Assembly (NCBI RefSeq): GCF_009914755.1
Contig: NC_060930.1
DNA length: 64,000 nt
Reading direction: 5' to 3' (one strand)
Source of the DNA: the human T2T-CHM13v2.0 reference genome, Homo sapiens
In this document: positions 15,612 to 31,384 of the stretch, piece after piece
Numbering within the stretch: position 1 is the first letter of the stretch
Layout: every line of letters begins with the position of its first letter
The notes under the pieces: generated by a model
The model's input: only the letters and a program-made list of their open reading frames with translations
Databases searched by the model: none
Told to the model about the DNA's origin: nothing
Translations under genes and position numbers: made by a program

Positions 15612-18600
15612 TCCTGAACTCTTCTCCAGCACTAAGGAGCATTTTCAATTAGATGTGGCACAACTATCCTTGCATGTCACATGCAGATACAGAGGCTTAA
15701 ATCAGTCCCCATGGGAAATGGGCATGCAGCCCTCCAACAATCAGTAAGGTTTTGCAATTACTTTCTTTAAATTGTTAAAGTGATAAATGTTGTATTAATA
15801 GAGGCTTTGTACAAATTTGAGAGAAATGAGGCACTGCCTAGTGCAAAATGGTAGATTTTACAACTAGATTGGCTTTATATTGCGTAAAAATATTCTGCAG
15901 TATAATTTCAAAATGTATTCACATTTATGGGTAAAAACATTACCACTCAGCTACTATGATTAAAACAGTCCAATAGGCCCCCGAGCAACTGCAGGCCCCA
16001 CCCGCTTGGTCCACAATAAATTTATGTCTCTTTGTCCTCCTACCCTGGCTGGTTGGCATCTCTGGCCTATGTCCAACCTGTGAGTTGGATGAATATGAAA
16101 CAGAGTCAAACTTGCTGATCTTTGGGGAAGTAAGCTCATGACTTGGGCCTAGCTGTCACAATGCTATATAAAAGACTAACATGTAGTCACCTGCATACAC
16201 ATACGCACACATAGAGTCAGCTTTCTGTTCACATTTATGCTTCCTAGACTTGTGTGACCATAAAGTTGGAAAACAGCACACTCCATGAATGAATCCAAGA
16301 AATCTGCTTAACCAGTGAGAAACATACCTAAAATTTCCCTTTCTAAAAGCCCAGTGAGCTTTACAAAAACATTATTGAAAGAAAAAAGAGCCTAATTTGT
16401 ACTATTCAATGGCTGTAGCTGAAAACAGAAATTATTACTGCTGGATTGAATGGCCTGTCACCAGTAAATTACAAGTTCCACGTATGTATAAGTTATTTAC
16501 TTTTCATCAGGGTCCAGAAGTGCCAAAATTCTTTTCCACGTTTCAACATTCGAAGAGATGGTTAATTCTTCAAAACTACCGGACTTCAGCAATCTTTTAA
16601 GTATTTAATGCATCTCCCCAAGATAAACTGAAATTTACTTCTAGCAGGAGTTTTAACAATATTTTTATGCAACTTAAAAACTTTGCATGATTTTGAAAAT
16701 GACAAAGCCAGCACAGGTTGACATGGAATCAAACAACCACTAAGGAACAAAGGGTCCCAGCTGGTTCTTTGCCACTCTATTCTTGAAGTTAAAGGGCAGC
16801 CTCAGAGTTTCCTAGAATTATGCCACTTACTGATGGCTTTTGTGACGATAAAGGCACAACATTCTGCCATCTTGCAGCATCATGCATAGCATAGAAGAGG
16901 CTGGATAAAGAAATACTGCACAAAGAAATATCATCCCTTTGAAAGGAAGAGGCAGATTTGCTTTGATCTTCTTTATTTGACCACTTTTTGTTAACAGGCA
17001 TATAAGAAAAACAGTAAATACTGCCCTAGTAGCGGTGATGCCATCAGCCAGAAGTACCAGGTCCCTGTGGTGCCTTTTACAACATTTCTATAAATCTTCA
17101 CTGCAAAACACTTCATGGTGCCTACAGAGTCCATTTTCCCATGTCTGCTCTATCATAAACAAATTTCAAACGCTAGGGATTCATTTATACAAATGTAAGG
17201 TGTGGATACTAAGCTTTAAAACCCTTTCCTAAATGTTAGGTGTGAAATGCCACATTAAACCTTAACCCAGTAGCACATAATGGAATGCCTCTCAGCCCTC
17301 TTGTTCATTACTCTCATTGATAATACTTTATTAATGTGCACTACATGAACTTCTGAATTACTTGATAAAAGTTAAATGTGCAAAGACTGTCCTCTCTTCT
17401 CACGATAATTAGGCTAAGAAATCCAATTTTATAGATTCCAAATGAGGGAAAGAAATCAATCGCTGGGTTCAACAGAAGATTCATACAGATGCCCGGACTG
17501 TGTTTCTGTAAGTTACCTAATTCACTGAGGGTCTGTGAGCAGTTTAATTTAGTGTTTAATTTAGTTTTATTGTTGAGCCACACCATTAGAAAGAAAATGA
17601 AACTATGGTTCCTTGACTTGCTTTGCTTTAGGAGTAGTAAAATCATGTTAAAGATGACAGATGGGGTGCTTTGGGGCATGCCATCAGAGAGGATACAGAG
17701 CCAAAGGCATAATGTTTTCACCAAACAGAGGCAGTGGGGAGCCACTGAAGGGTATTGATAGCTAAATGTGTGATCCAGACAGGCCAGGATGAACTTGAAG
17801 TGAGAAAGAGAGAGACGGGACAGAGACTAGCTATGTAACTACTTCGTCCAAGTAAAGAAAAGGGATCAAATGGTGGTCATAGGGATAGACGTAAAAACAG
17901 GAATATGAGAATCAATCATGTTTGTGTTTTTTTAACAGACACCCCTCTAGCAGTGTGAAAAACTTATCCATAGGCTTGAACGTGAATACCAAGCTCCTGC
18001 AATAGTCCAGATGAAAGATGGAGAAGTGGGCAATGCAAAGAAAGGTAGTTATGTTTTTATTAAAGATTAATATGAGAACAAGTGCTCTATATCCATAGAA
18101 AAAAGAAAGCTAAGAGATGGATAGACTCAGGTCCAAAATGATCTCAAAGAATGAAATAATGAGCTATACTTAGACAGGATACAGCCTATTCAGTTTATTC
18201 CCACTGAATAGGCTATATTCTTATCCATTCAGTAAGAATAAACAGGAACATATCTTTTTATATGTAAAAAAAGTTCAACTGGACAGGTACAAAATGAAGA
18301 CCTACCCAAGCTGCCCCAGAAACAAAGCGAGCACTTGGACAACAAGCTCACTAAACATCATCAGCGCACTGAGGAAGTAAAAACCCTAAGTGTCACAGTG
18401 GAATCGGCAGACACCAGCGTGCCTAATAGGAGGACAAGCGTTCTCTGTTTACTGGTCCTCATACTACATGGTACTCGCAAGATATTTGAAATAGGATGAT
18501 AAATGAGAACACTTTCAGAAGAGAGTGACCTAGGACTTACCATAAATATTCTAGGCCATAACATAGGAGACATAACATAGAAGAAAATAAGACAAGACTC

Positions 18601-19198
18601 CAGAGGAATAAAATAACAGAATTAAAGGTTAACATATGGAAGAATTTACACTTTTAGTGGAAGTGTAAATTTAGTTCTGGAAGAGAAAACTGGGACCAGG
18701 GACTGTTAAGTTATCAGAATGTAAAAAGTTATGTTTCTTGACATTGAAGATAGCTGTGCACAAACACTGATTTGGAATGATGATGTTGGATTAATGCACT
18801 GTTTACAGGTTGAATTTTTTTTTTTTTTAATCTCTAGAGCTTCTTCTGATCCTGAGATTCCATGACTTGATGCAAATGGAAAGTCGAGTTATATAACCAA
18901 GAGAGAACACTCAGGCAGAGGGAAAAAGCAAGGCTGAGATAAAGCCCTCTCCTTTGCTGTACCTGTGCACATACTTACTCGCATGGCTTCATTTTGTAAG
19001 CAACTCTGCGTTTCATTATTTTACTTATTCAACTGATGGTCCCGAGGTTTTAGCCTTAAATGCTAAATCACAGAAACAACTGAACCTTCTCCAGGTGTTT
19101 GGGTTAGAAGAGGGCCACACTACTCTGATCTCCGCACCTGCGGCTTCCAGACTTCCCACATTCTCTCACCCACAATGTAATGAAAACCTACTGATATA

Positions 19199-19572
<374 letters not shown>

Positions 19573-19733
19573 CTAAATGAAGAGCGATACTAAAGAACAG
19601 CAAACCAATTCAGTGTATGACTTTTTGGGCATTTTAAGGATAGTGACAGCATTAAGTCTTTAGGACAGCAAAGCATCGGACAGGTGAAGAACATTCATTT
19701 CAGAATGTTTTAAGACTTTTCCTCAATCCCATC

Positions 19734-20104
19734 TGTGTTAGTCCGTTTTGTGTTGCTATAAATACCTGAGACTGGATAATTTACAAAGTTTTGTTTTGGC
19801 TTAGAGTTCTGCAGACTGTACAAGGAGCACAGTGCTGGTATTTGCTTCTGTTGAGGGCTCAGGACGTTTACAGAAGGAGAAAGGGAAACAGGTGTGTCAC
19901 ATGGCAATGGAGCAAGAGAGATATCGGGCTCTTTTAAACAACCAGCTCTCACATGAACGAACAGAATGAGAACTCACTCATTACCATAAGAGGAGTACCA
20001 AGCCATTCATAAGATCGGCTCCCATGGCCCAGACATATCCCACTAGGTCTGCCTCTAACATTGGATGTCATATTTCAACATGAAACCATATCTAAACCGT
20101 ATCA
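19734..20104 (-). mobile_element. MST (ERVL-MaLR) solo LTR
   Basis: TG...CA ends, 5-bp TSD CCATC, MST-type sequence. Confidence 0.85.
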
Positions 20105-20309
20105 CCATCCTTTGCTACTTTGCCACTCTTTCCATTTCTTTCTCCTAAACCCCCCTGAAATTAAAAGACATCCATTTTTTTACTGAAAGCGTAATATCCT
20201 GTTTTTACCTTCAAAAATCAGGAAAGATTAATTATTAAATTTTATCTCTTAAATAAAGCGATTTGTATGATTCTGGGTAAAAACTGTTAATTTTCTTCTT
20301 GAGGGTGAG

Positions 20310-20686
20310 TGTATCAGTGAGGATTCTTCCACGAAATAGAACCAATAGTATTTTTGGTTGTTTCTCTGGAGAGAAATATATTGTATATAAAGACTTATTT
20401 TAAGGAATAATGGCTGCTGCCACTGTGGGGACAAACAAGTGTGAAATCTGTGCAGCAGGCTGGCAGGCTCGAAACTCAAGCAGGATTTCCATGTCACAGT
20501 CTTAAGGCAGACTTCCTCCTTCTTCTTCTTTCCCAGGCCTTCACCTGATTGGATTTGGCCCACCCATAGCCAGGATAATCCCCTTTACTTAAAGTCAACT
20601 GATTGTAAATGTTAATCATAGTTACAAAATACCTTCCCAGCAACATCTAATGTTTGGGCTGAGCCCAGCTGACACTTAACCTATCA
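20310..20686 (-). mobile_element. MLT2-like ERVL LTR
   Basis: GAAATAGAACCAATAG...AAGTCAACTGATTGTAAATGTTAATCA motifs. Confidence 0.7.
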
Positions 20687-21235
20687 GTCAGTGACCTCAG
20701 AGAGATTAAGATACTCCATTCCCACATTCAAGTCAACATGCTGCGAACGAAAGCATGCCATTCAAAAGTCAAAGGCTTATGTATCAATGATCATAATCTT
20801 CATTGAATAGGATGGATTCTATTTACTCAGATAATTTTCCAATACTGTAATGCTCTATTAATATAATGTTCCTACAGTTGGGGTCAGGATATCTTAGACT
20901 TATTAAATCCCTCTTTATTTTCACTAATGATCACCCTTTGAGAATCAAGTACTGGTGAGCTTAAAAGCATTATCAAATGAACCCTTTTAATGAGAACTAA
21001 GCAGCCTGTTCATCTGAACATTAAATGATTCAAAAGTACAGATATATAGATTACAAAAAATCCTTCTCTATTATAATGAAGTAACCCCACTTTCTCAATC
21101 AGTAGAAACTAAAGTACATAGATCCGTACATGGGGATGGAGAGAGGGTTGGATAAAACGCTTTTCATGAGAAAAGCGTATGAAGGTTTGAGGCATTAAAC
21201 TTTATTTTTTGGTTTATTTATTAACTGAAACCAAT

Positions 21236-21645
21236 TGATACAGTTTGGATGCTTGTCTCCTCCAAATCTCATGTTGAAATGTAACCCCCAATGTTGGAGG
21301 TGGGGCCTGGTGGGAGGTGACTGGATCATGGCGGTGCAACCTCCATGAATAGTTTAGCTCCTTCCCCGTGGTGATAAGTAAGTTCTCCCTCAGTTAGTTT
21401 ACATAAGGTCTGGTTGTTTAAAAGTCTGGGACCTCCCCTCACACCACTCTCTTGCCATGTGAATGTGCCTGCTCCCGCTTCACCTTCCACAATGATTGTA
21501 GGCTTCCTGGGACCCTCAGCAGAAGCCGAGCAGATGTCAGTGCCACGCTTGTACAGCCTGCAGATCCCTGAGCCAATTAAACCTTTTTTCTTTATAAATT
21601 GCCTAGCCTCAGGTGTTTAAGTGACACAAAAAAAGGCCTAACACA
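21236..21645 (+). mobile_element. MST (MSTB-like) solo LTR
   Basis: TGATACAGTTTGGATG...CTAACACA, 5-bp TSD CCAAT. Confidence 0.88.
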
Positions 21646-21899
21646 CCAATTCTGACAAAAGAAAAAAAAATTACATACAATTCTCCAGCATAGTTCTGAA
21701 ACCAACCTAGAGGAAGGAAGTGCCTCACAGAAATGCCAAATTATATAATTGTGGTGGGTAAGTTTGAGGCTTGGTCCATTTTCCTTCAGTGAAAGCCACA
21801 CTGAGAATTGTCAGTAACCAACCAGAACACTAAAAGCCTTTAAGCTAAATTATAAAGATATAAGATATTTAGGATTGAGTGCCAAGCTTAGAAGCTTTT

Positions 21900-22311
21900 T
21901 TTTTCTTTTTTTTTTAGTATTTGTCATCTTTTTTTTTCTTTTTTTTTTAAATTATACTTTAAGTTCTAGTGTACATGTGCACAATGTGCAGGTTTGTTAC
22001 ATATGTATACCTGTGCCATGTTGGTGTGCTGCACCCATTAACTCATCATTTACATTAGGTATATCTCCTAATGCTATCCCTCCCCGCTCCCCCCACCCCA
22101 CGACAGGCCCCAGTGTGTGATGTTCCCCTTCCCGTGTCCAAGTGTTCTCACTGTTCAGTTCCCACCTGTGAGTGAGAACATGCGGTGTTTGGTTGTTTGT
22201 CCTGGCGATAGTTTGTTGAGAATGATGGTTTCCAGCTTCATCCATGTCCCTACAAAGGACATGAACTCATCCTTTTTTATGGCTGCATAGTATTCCGTGG
22301 TGTATATGTGC
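21900..22311 (-). mobile_element. L1PA 3' end (5' truncated)
   Basis: Poly-T, then TTATACTTTAAGTTCTAG... L1PA 3' UTR and ORF2 end. Confidence 0.92.
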
Positions 22312-23979
22312 CTCTTAAAATTTGTAACTGCTAAGCAAAAAATATTCCTAATGCATCAATAATTTTTTTAAAAAATATGAAGTATTAATTTCCAAGAAGT
22401 AGATATTACTAGCAATCCAGCAAGGTTTTTTTGTTTTTTGTTTTTTTCCATAAATACGTCTTCTCTTAGGCTTGACTGATCTAGAGCCATCAAGATTTTA
22501 GGGGGCTCTATATGAAAAAATTAACATCTCAAAAAGATTAACAGGTTGGTAAGCACTCAGGGGACACTACTTCATCTCTAAACCCTTTCACTTTTCATAT
22601 CCATGACCTAAACCCGTGGATGGCAGCTTAGGAAGGATTATAATGACAAAGGAGCCTTTTGGCAAACTTCCTAAAACACCCCAAATGACCATTTTGCCTT
22701 TTTCATAAAGTGTAATGGCTATACTCCAGACACATGCAATGTTGTAGTAAAGAAATCAAAATCATAATAAAAATCTCTCCTTTCTCTTAAATTTCTTGCT
22801 GGAAATAGTACTAGCTGGCTCCTGTTTCCACAGGCATGAAGACACTTGCCCCTAAGTTCCTGAAATAAGCAGCAGCCATGTCCCTTTACTGCCCAGAGCC
22901 AGACTTTATCTAGCACACTGGAAAAAGACCGTGTTTACTACAAAAAGAGGGAAGCAAAAACTGTTTTGAAAATAACTGCAGGACTGCAAACTGTTGAATG
23001 AACATGTTTCCAGATAGGTACATCTGTAATAGAAAGCAACCCTGTGCTATGGTAAGAAAAAATCAGCTTTGCACATTGTACAAGTGGTTCAGAATGCCCA
23101 ATTCACAGGTGTCTGAACTCCATACCCAGAGTCCTAGTTCTGAACCTTTTGCCCCTTCCTTCTGGCATTTCATATACAGGCCTTCTCTCTTCCAAAGGTT
23201 TCTTGAAGACTTACTTGCTACTGTGGGTGTCATTAATGAGTCCTGCAACACTCTCACAATGACATGTGGGTCTCATCACATATATGGTTTAGATTTGTGT
23301 TGCACACTTGCTTGATGGTTGGAAACTTTCTCTTTCTTTTTTTTTTTTTTAAACTTTGATGCTGTTCTCAGCAAGCAGCAGATAAATATTGGACCTGATC
23401 AGTTTGTAAATAAGTTGAAGAACTGACATTCTCAAATCTGTCCATTTTAGACACAGCTGGGATACCGAGGATTGAATCTGAAATGCCAACCTAGGGCTCT
23501 TCCCTGTGAGGCCTCACTGGATTATAAGATTATGGGGTTTTTCTATCCAAAGTTGTTCGAGTCTCATAGGTCTTCTAGACTAAAAATAGCTTCCCTCTTC
23601 TCAATTTATTTCAATACTTTCAACTGTTGAGACATCTCTTGTATTTTTTCTCTATCTGGGCCTTATACAGTCACTGCACAAAGCATATGGATGTATCTTT
23701 TTATATACACAGGGAGGGCATCTTCACCAGGATATTGGGATGGGTTTATTCCTAGTGTTAAGTAAATCCATACAAAACTTATTTTCAATAATAATTCAGT
23801 TCTATTTTTACTGAATAACACATTTTAATATTTCAAAGGTGGCATCAGGAACACTTGTTTAATCAATTTCCACAGTGGCTACTGTATACAAAAAGACAAT
23901 TTGGGAGCATTGCTGGGAGAATCTAAACCCAGGACCCATCTGAGGAAATGACATATTTTCAGATTTACGAAGTTATGAA

Positions 23980-24272
<293 letters not shown>

Positions 24273-24693
24273 GAAATTTTTTAAAAGATATAAAATTCTA
24301 AATTCCAAGTTGAACAAGATATCATTTTCTTAGTGAGAAATGTGCCTCACCCACATGCCCACACACCACACCCAGGATACACCTTGTAAATGGTCCTCTA
24401 CAACTTAAGAAAGTTTCTTCTAAAATTTGTGACTTTAATAACTTACTGATATTTTCTATTTCATGTATGTACTTTGCTTGAAGAAACCCAAACTGCCTCC
24501 TGCTTCTCATGAACATCTCGTGGAAGGCAAGTTGTATGTTTCCTCTATTTTCCTGGTAGAGAAGCATATTCAATGTGGTGATAGTGCCTTGTTTAAAGTC
24601 ACAACGGGTGTTAGGAGGTCCATCTCTCTATGGCTTAAAGCAACATAACCTATGTGGCAATATTTTAGCAAAGGACTTAAAATTTAAAACTAT

Positions 24694-25012
24694 GGGCCAG
24701 GTGCGGTGGCTCACGCCTGTAATCCCAGCACTTTGGGAGGCCGAGGCAGGAGGATCACTTGAGTTCGAAACCAGCCTGAGCAACATGGTGACACCCTGTC
24801 TCTACAAAAAGAGACAAAAAAAAAAATTAGCTGGTGCTAGGAATAGTGGCGTGTACCTGTAGTCCCAGCTACCTCAGGGGGCTGAGATGGGAGGATCGTT
24901 GGAGCCCAGATGTCAAAGCTGCAGTGAGCCATGATGGTGCCACTTAACTCTAGTTTGGGTGACAGAGCACCAGAGCAAGATTTTGTCTCAAAAAAAAAAA
25001 AAAAAAAAAAAA
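24694..25012 (+). mobile_element. AluJ
   Basis: Dimeric Alu with small internal insertions, A tail. Confidence 0.92.
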
Positions 25013-25339
25013 GCCAAGAAGGGCTTTTATGGGTGTTTAGCGTGATCACATAACACAATCTAAGGGTCTCACAGGCCAGTGTACAGCAACCTCCTGGAAC
25101 ATTTGACAGGTAAAAACCATCATCCCAAGTGCTTTAATGATGCCTTTGATCCCAGTGCCAGCCTATGACAGTGTGATCACACAGCTACAATGAGGCCTGA
25201 ATCATCATTACATTCTGATGCCTTCACTATGGAGAGCTTACTATTATAAATAAAAAACGGCTTAAGGAAGAAACTTAGCATGCCAGGGTGTGCCCATCGT
25301 TTCACAGTAATGCAATACTAATCTTCAGTAATCATGACA

Positions 25340-25560
25340 AGAACCATAACAAACACTTGGTGCCTATGCTGTGTCAAGCACTGTTCTAAGAACTTTAGTA
25401 TCAACTAATTTAATCCCTGTGACGATATTACCAATACCCTATTTTAAAAAGGAAGACACTGAGGAAGAGAATGCTTACATGACATGCCCAAGATCCCACA
25501 GGTACCAAGTGGTGGAGCTGAGATTGGAACCCAGGCAGCCAGACTCCAGAGACCTTGCAC
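25340..25560 (-). mobile_element. MIR SINE
   Basis: GCACTGTTCTAAG...ACTGAGG...GGTGGAGCTGAGATTGGAACCCAGGCAG. Confidence 0.8.
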
Positions 25561-25888
25561 AAAATAGTAGGTTAGAATTACCCCTAAACAATTAGTGTTA
25601 GTTTTGAGCTTCAGACCTCACAGCCTCACACATGCTCAGTTTCCATATAATCTTAAAGAGAAATCAAAGATACTCTTATTTAGGAATCAGTCCCATCCAA
25701 TATCCACTACTGACCTCTTCATTTTTGCCTTGGACTTCATAGTTAGACATATGCTAGCTGCAAAGAGGAGAAAAGGATAGGAAACCATGCTGCCAAAGGT
25801 AAGCCCTCCCAGAAAAAGCTTCAAATCACAAAAGATGGCACCACAAAACCTCAGGAGCAGGCACGAATGCAACTCAGAAGTGCCTGTA

Positions 25889-26180
25889 AGCTGGGTGTGG
25901 TGGCTCATGCCTATAATTCCAGCACTTTCAGAGGCTGAGGCAGGAGGATTGCTTGTGTCCAGGAGTTTGAAACCCGCCTGGGCAACATAGAGAAATCTCA
26001 TCTCTACAAAAAATAAACAAAATTAGCCAGGCTGATGGCATGCACCCGTAGTCTCAGGTACTCGGTAGGCTGAGGTAGGAGAATAGCTTGAGACCAAGAG
26101 GTCAAGGCTGTAGTAAGTCAGGATTGTGCCACTGCATCCCAGCTTGGGCGACAGAGCGAGACCCTGTCTCAAAAACAAAA
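25889..26180 (+). mobile_element. AluJ
   Basis: TSD AGAAGTGCCTGTA. Confidence 0.93.
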
Positions 26181-26929
26181 CCAGAAGTGCCTGTAGACAT
26201 TTCAGTGTGTAGAGCCAGAGATGACAATTTGAGGTGATAATCAAAGCACAAGTTGAATAATCCTGCTGAGAAAAAAATGCACATTAAAAACCGCAGAGGT
26301 TACCAGCTGGGCCTTGGGCACAGCAGCATGCGGTGAGGAGAAACAAGAGAGGTGAAGGAAAGAAAGATTAGCCTGAAGGGTATTAGCATCTGGTCACACG
26401 GAAGGGAAAAGGTCGTACTTGGGTCAACTATTTATAGACAGAAGAAACAAGGTCCAGTCTCCAGAGCCAGGGACCTGGTGATCAGAGGTCAGGGGTCACT
26501 AGAAAGATCTCTGGGAAAAGTATGTAATTTTCTACAAAATACTTTAATATCTACCCCAATTTAACCTTTCCTGGTTTTAAGGGGCAGGAGGGAGAGGAAG
26601 GCAGTGTAGGAGCTAGGCAAAGTCAAAACAAAAGCTGAATGGTATTTTGTCTCACTGCACATATTCATACAGAAATGTGCGTACATGTGGACACTGAGTA
26701 TATGTGTGCATACTTAGCTATTCAATTGTACTCATAACTGTATTCACATCTATATTTCCTTCAAAAAAGTCCTGGGGCAAAATAAGAGACAACCTGAGTA
26801 AACTCACTAGACTTAGGGCAATTGCTATTACGATTTTCCATGTGGTTTCCATAAGCAAGGTGCACACACTTGACACCACACACCACAATAGTCAAATGGA
26901 AGGGAATACAATAGGAAATGGTTCTGAAT

Positions 26930-27105
26930 CATTAGTTCTCAGCACTGATTGCACACCAGACCATCTGGGGAATTTTAAAAACACTGCCACCTGACTCCCA
27001 TCCTGCAAGATTCTCAGATAATTACCTTGGATGCCACCTGGGCATCCTGATATTTAAATGGTCCCCAGGTGATTTTTAATCACTGCCAAGATTGAGAGCC
27101 AATGA
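26930..27105. mobile_element. MER5A-like hAT element
   Basis: ...CCCCAGGTGATT...GCCAAGATTGAGAGCCAATG end. Confidence 0.65.
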
Positions 27106-27968
27106 TGTGAATCAATGATACTCCAGCACATGGGCGCAATAATCATTTCAACAACATAACCTTGGGGTCAAGGAGTGACCCATATTTAAATGAACCCACC
27201 ACGCCTGTGGTGAAGTTGTCACTGAACTAATTTGGAGCATCTACCATGAATAGAAACCAGTCCAGCTGGAATGCAAGAAGTAAGCAACCAGGTCCTGTCT
27301 GGTGCGCCTGCCACCCCAAAGGCTTGGGTCAGGAGCTTCTGAGAACCAGAAGCCCAGATTCGAATCTTGAGAAGCAGCCAAAAGTTTTGCTACAGGAACA
27401 CATCTTACAGCCAATTATTATGCATGTTATTGCCACCAAGTAGGCTTCATGATGAGGGGTGGAGGTGCTAAGGAAGGGCTCCTTTCTAGAACTTCACCTT
27501 GACATTTAAACTGATCCTAGAGAACTTTTCTACATTCAACAGTGTTGGGGAAATGAGTTTTATACTCAGAGGTTATGCCATAGTGAAGGATAGTTCTCTT
27601 TACTAGAAAGCCAACTCCAAAAAGGAAGCTTACATATCATTTAATTTTAAAAGTCACAGAATTAGAAATTTTAAGATACCCCAAATCTCAATACTCTAAA
27701 CTTAAAGATATATCATTTACTAACAGTGCCTATGAAGTGCAGCTCACATATGCCAAGTGCACTGCTCCCAGCCTCCTCCCTGCATTGTTTTATACCCCGT
27801 GCTCCTCTGTGCCATCTGGTCAGGTGTGTCAATCCTCCTTGGCACTTTCTCATGATTCTTTTTTTCACAACTATTTCTATAGGAGCATCAAGGATGAAGA
27901 ACAGTTGAATGCAGTTTTTCTCAGTGTCAAATACTATATATTACTCTTCAAATCAAAATTCAAAGTGG

Positions 27969-28270
<302 letters not shown>

Positions 28271-29129
28271 ATTTCAAAGTGGTACCTAATAAAAAAATCT
28301 TACAGATCTTTTTCAACAGGCTATTTCTCAAATTAAAAAGATACTAAAGAGAATAATAATTACTGAAGAGAAAATCCAAATGCCATTTAAATGTGTCAAC
28401 AACCGTAACTCAGAGTTTTACAAGAGCTAAGATAGTAAAGAGGTAGACAACATCACCGCTAGAGAACGAGACAAACCCTAAAACTGAATTTTATAAAAAA
28501 GTATAAGCCTAAATACCATTCACATTTAGCTTACAGAACCTTAGACCATGAGCAACTGATGAAACGTCCAATGACAGACTATCAAGGCTTTACAAAGCAC
28601 TGTATCTGAGAACTGGTAAGTATTCAGTTTGACAATATAAGATGTTCCAATAAGGAATTAATCAGGATAATAAACAAAGTATATGAACAATATGTCTAGC
28701 TTTCTAACAACAAAACAAGTTATTTCCAAGTTCTAGAAAGCCATATCTCAAGGGATTAGAACAGAGACCATTAAGGAGGAAGAGAGAACTTGAATTGGCA
28801 GGGAATGTGCTATATAATGGCACTTCCGTCTATAATCAACTTCAGAATGCATACTCCACAGGAAATAAGAGATACTATGGCTCTTCAAGCAAGCAATGGT
28901 GTGTTAAAATTAAAAAAAAAAAGAAATACTGTGGGGAAAAAAGAATGAAGGAGAATAAAGATATTAGAGTCAAATATAAATTCCGTATTATACCTAGGCT
29001 CTGGGATCAACACCACCTCCAGGCTTTCCTAATTCATGTGAGCATGGGTTAGCATTAAAAAGGCACTATTTTACTTTGAGGTGATTACATTGCTTTACTC
29101 AAAGAACTTGGTGGAATGGCTAAAGTTTT

Positions 29130-30080
<951 letters not shown>

Positions 30081-30123
30081 AGAAAATAAAAGAAAATCCG
30101 TAATTTTTTTTGCACACAAATTA

Positions 30124-30411
30124 TTTTTTTCGAGAAGGTGTCATGCTCTGTTGCCCAGGCTGGAATGTGGTGCTACCATCTCGGCTCACTACACCCTCCG
30201 TCTCCCAGGTTCAAACAATTCTCCTGCCTCAGCCTCCTGTGTAGTTCGGATTACAGATGTATGCCACGACACCTGGCTAATTTTTGTATTTTCAGTAGAG
30301 ATGGGGCTTTGCCATGTTGCCCAGGCTGGTCTCGAACTCCTGAGCTCAAGCGATCTGCCCGCCTTGGTCTCCCAAAGTGCTGGGATTACAGGCATGAGCC
30401 ACCGCACCTGG
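30124..30411 (-). mobile_element. AluS
   Basis: Reverse Alu. Confidence 0.93.
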
Positions 30412-31005
30412 ACTGTACGCAAATTTTAGAATAGATTTTTTAAAATCCCTCTGCCTATTCAAGGATTTGTAATTTTTTCCTCTCACCAGCAAGCTTTATG
30501 GGAGGGTCTATTAAATTGGCTACCTTTCTTCCCAAACTGCTTATCTCACAATCACTTCTAATCTGATGTAGCCCCAACTCTTGCACCAACAACTGAAATT
30601 CCTCTTCTGGGGTTGGTCAGTGACTATTTGTAACCAAACCAACAGCTTTTTATAAAATGTCTTCATCAGTCTTTGAATCCCTTACCTCTCCATCCCTCTC
30701 AGCAGGTGTGACATTGCTCAGCTGTGCTTTTCCATCTGTCTGCTTTGCTGGCTCTTCCTCCTCCCATGCTTTACAGGTCGTCTCACCCCTTTGTGGTTTT
30801 TCTGAGCTCTCCTCACTCCCAAACCTTCAGCTATTATTCCTTTATGGAGTGAATCCCAGAGTCCTGACCTCTATTTTTCTCTTTTAGTCCTATACTTCCA
30901 GTTGCCTTTTGAACATTTCCACTTACAGATCTCTCTTGTACCACACATTTTCATGTCTAAAGCAGAGAGGTTTTTTTCCTGTTTCTCCCACCAAAACCTG
31001 ATTCT

Positions 31006-31125
31006 GCTGGACACAGTGGTGCATGCCTGTAGTCCCAGCTACTCGAACAGCTAAGCCGGGAGGATCACTTGAGCCCAGGAGTTCAAGTCCAGCCCAGGCA
31101 ACATAGCAAGACCCGCCCCCCATCT
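31006..31125 (+). mobile_element. Alu monomer (FLAM-like)
   Basis: Single Alu arm. Confidence 0.85.
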
Positions 31126-31384
31126 CTTTGGGGTAAAGAACAAAACAGGTCCTCCTCATGAATATTTTCCAATAAGTCAATGAGCCAAACTCAAACTTGG
31201 AAAAGTCTCATATGTCACCTTTTTACCTGCAATCCTTTGACACATGCCCCTGCAGAACCTTAAATTAATCGTCTCTTCCTATTGCCATGCTAATGACTGC
31301 CTGGATTTCTGCAGGAATCTCAAAGTTGGTGTGTATGTCGCTGAACTCTTCTTCAGTCCATCCTCAAGTCCACGTTGCTACTTT

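Noticed and set aside
16789-17001. 70-aa ORF in unique sequence, possible exon or retrocopy
   Set aside because: No convincing splice pair, poly(A) tail, TSD or recognisable homology
21900-21965. Sense-oriented L1PA tail as a premature MAP7 poly(A) site
   Set aside because: The L1 AATAAA position reads AATTTA on the minus strand
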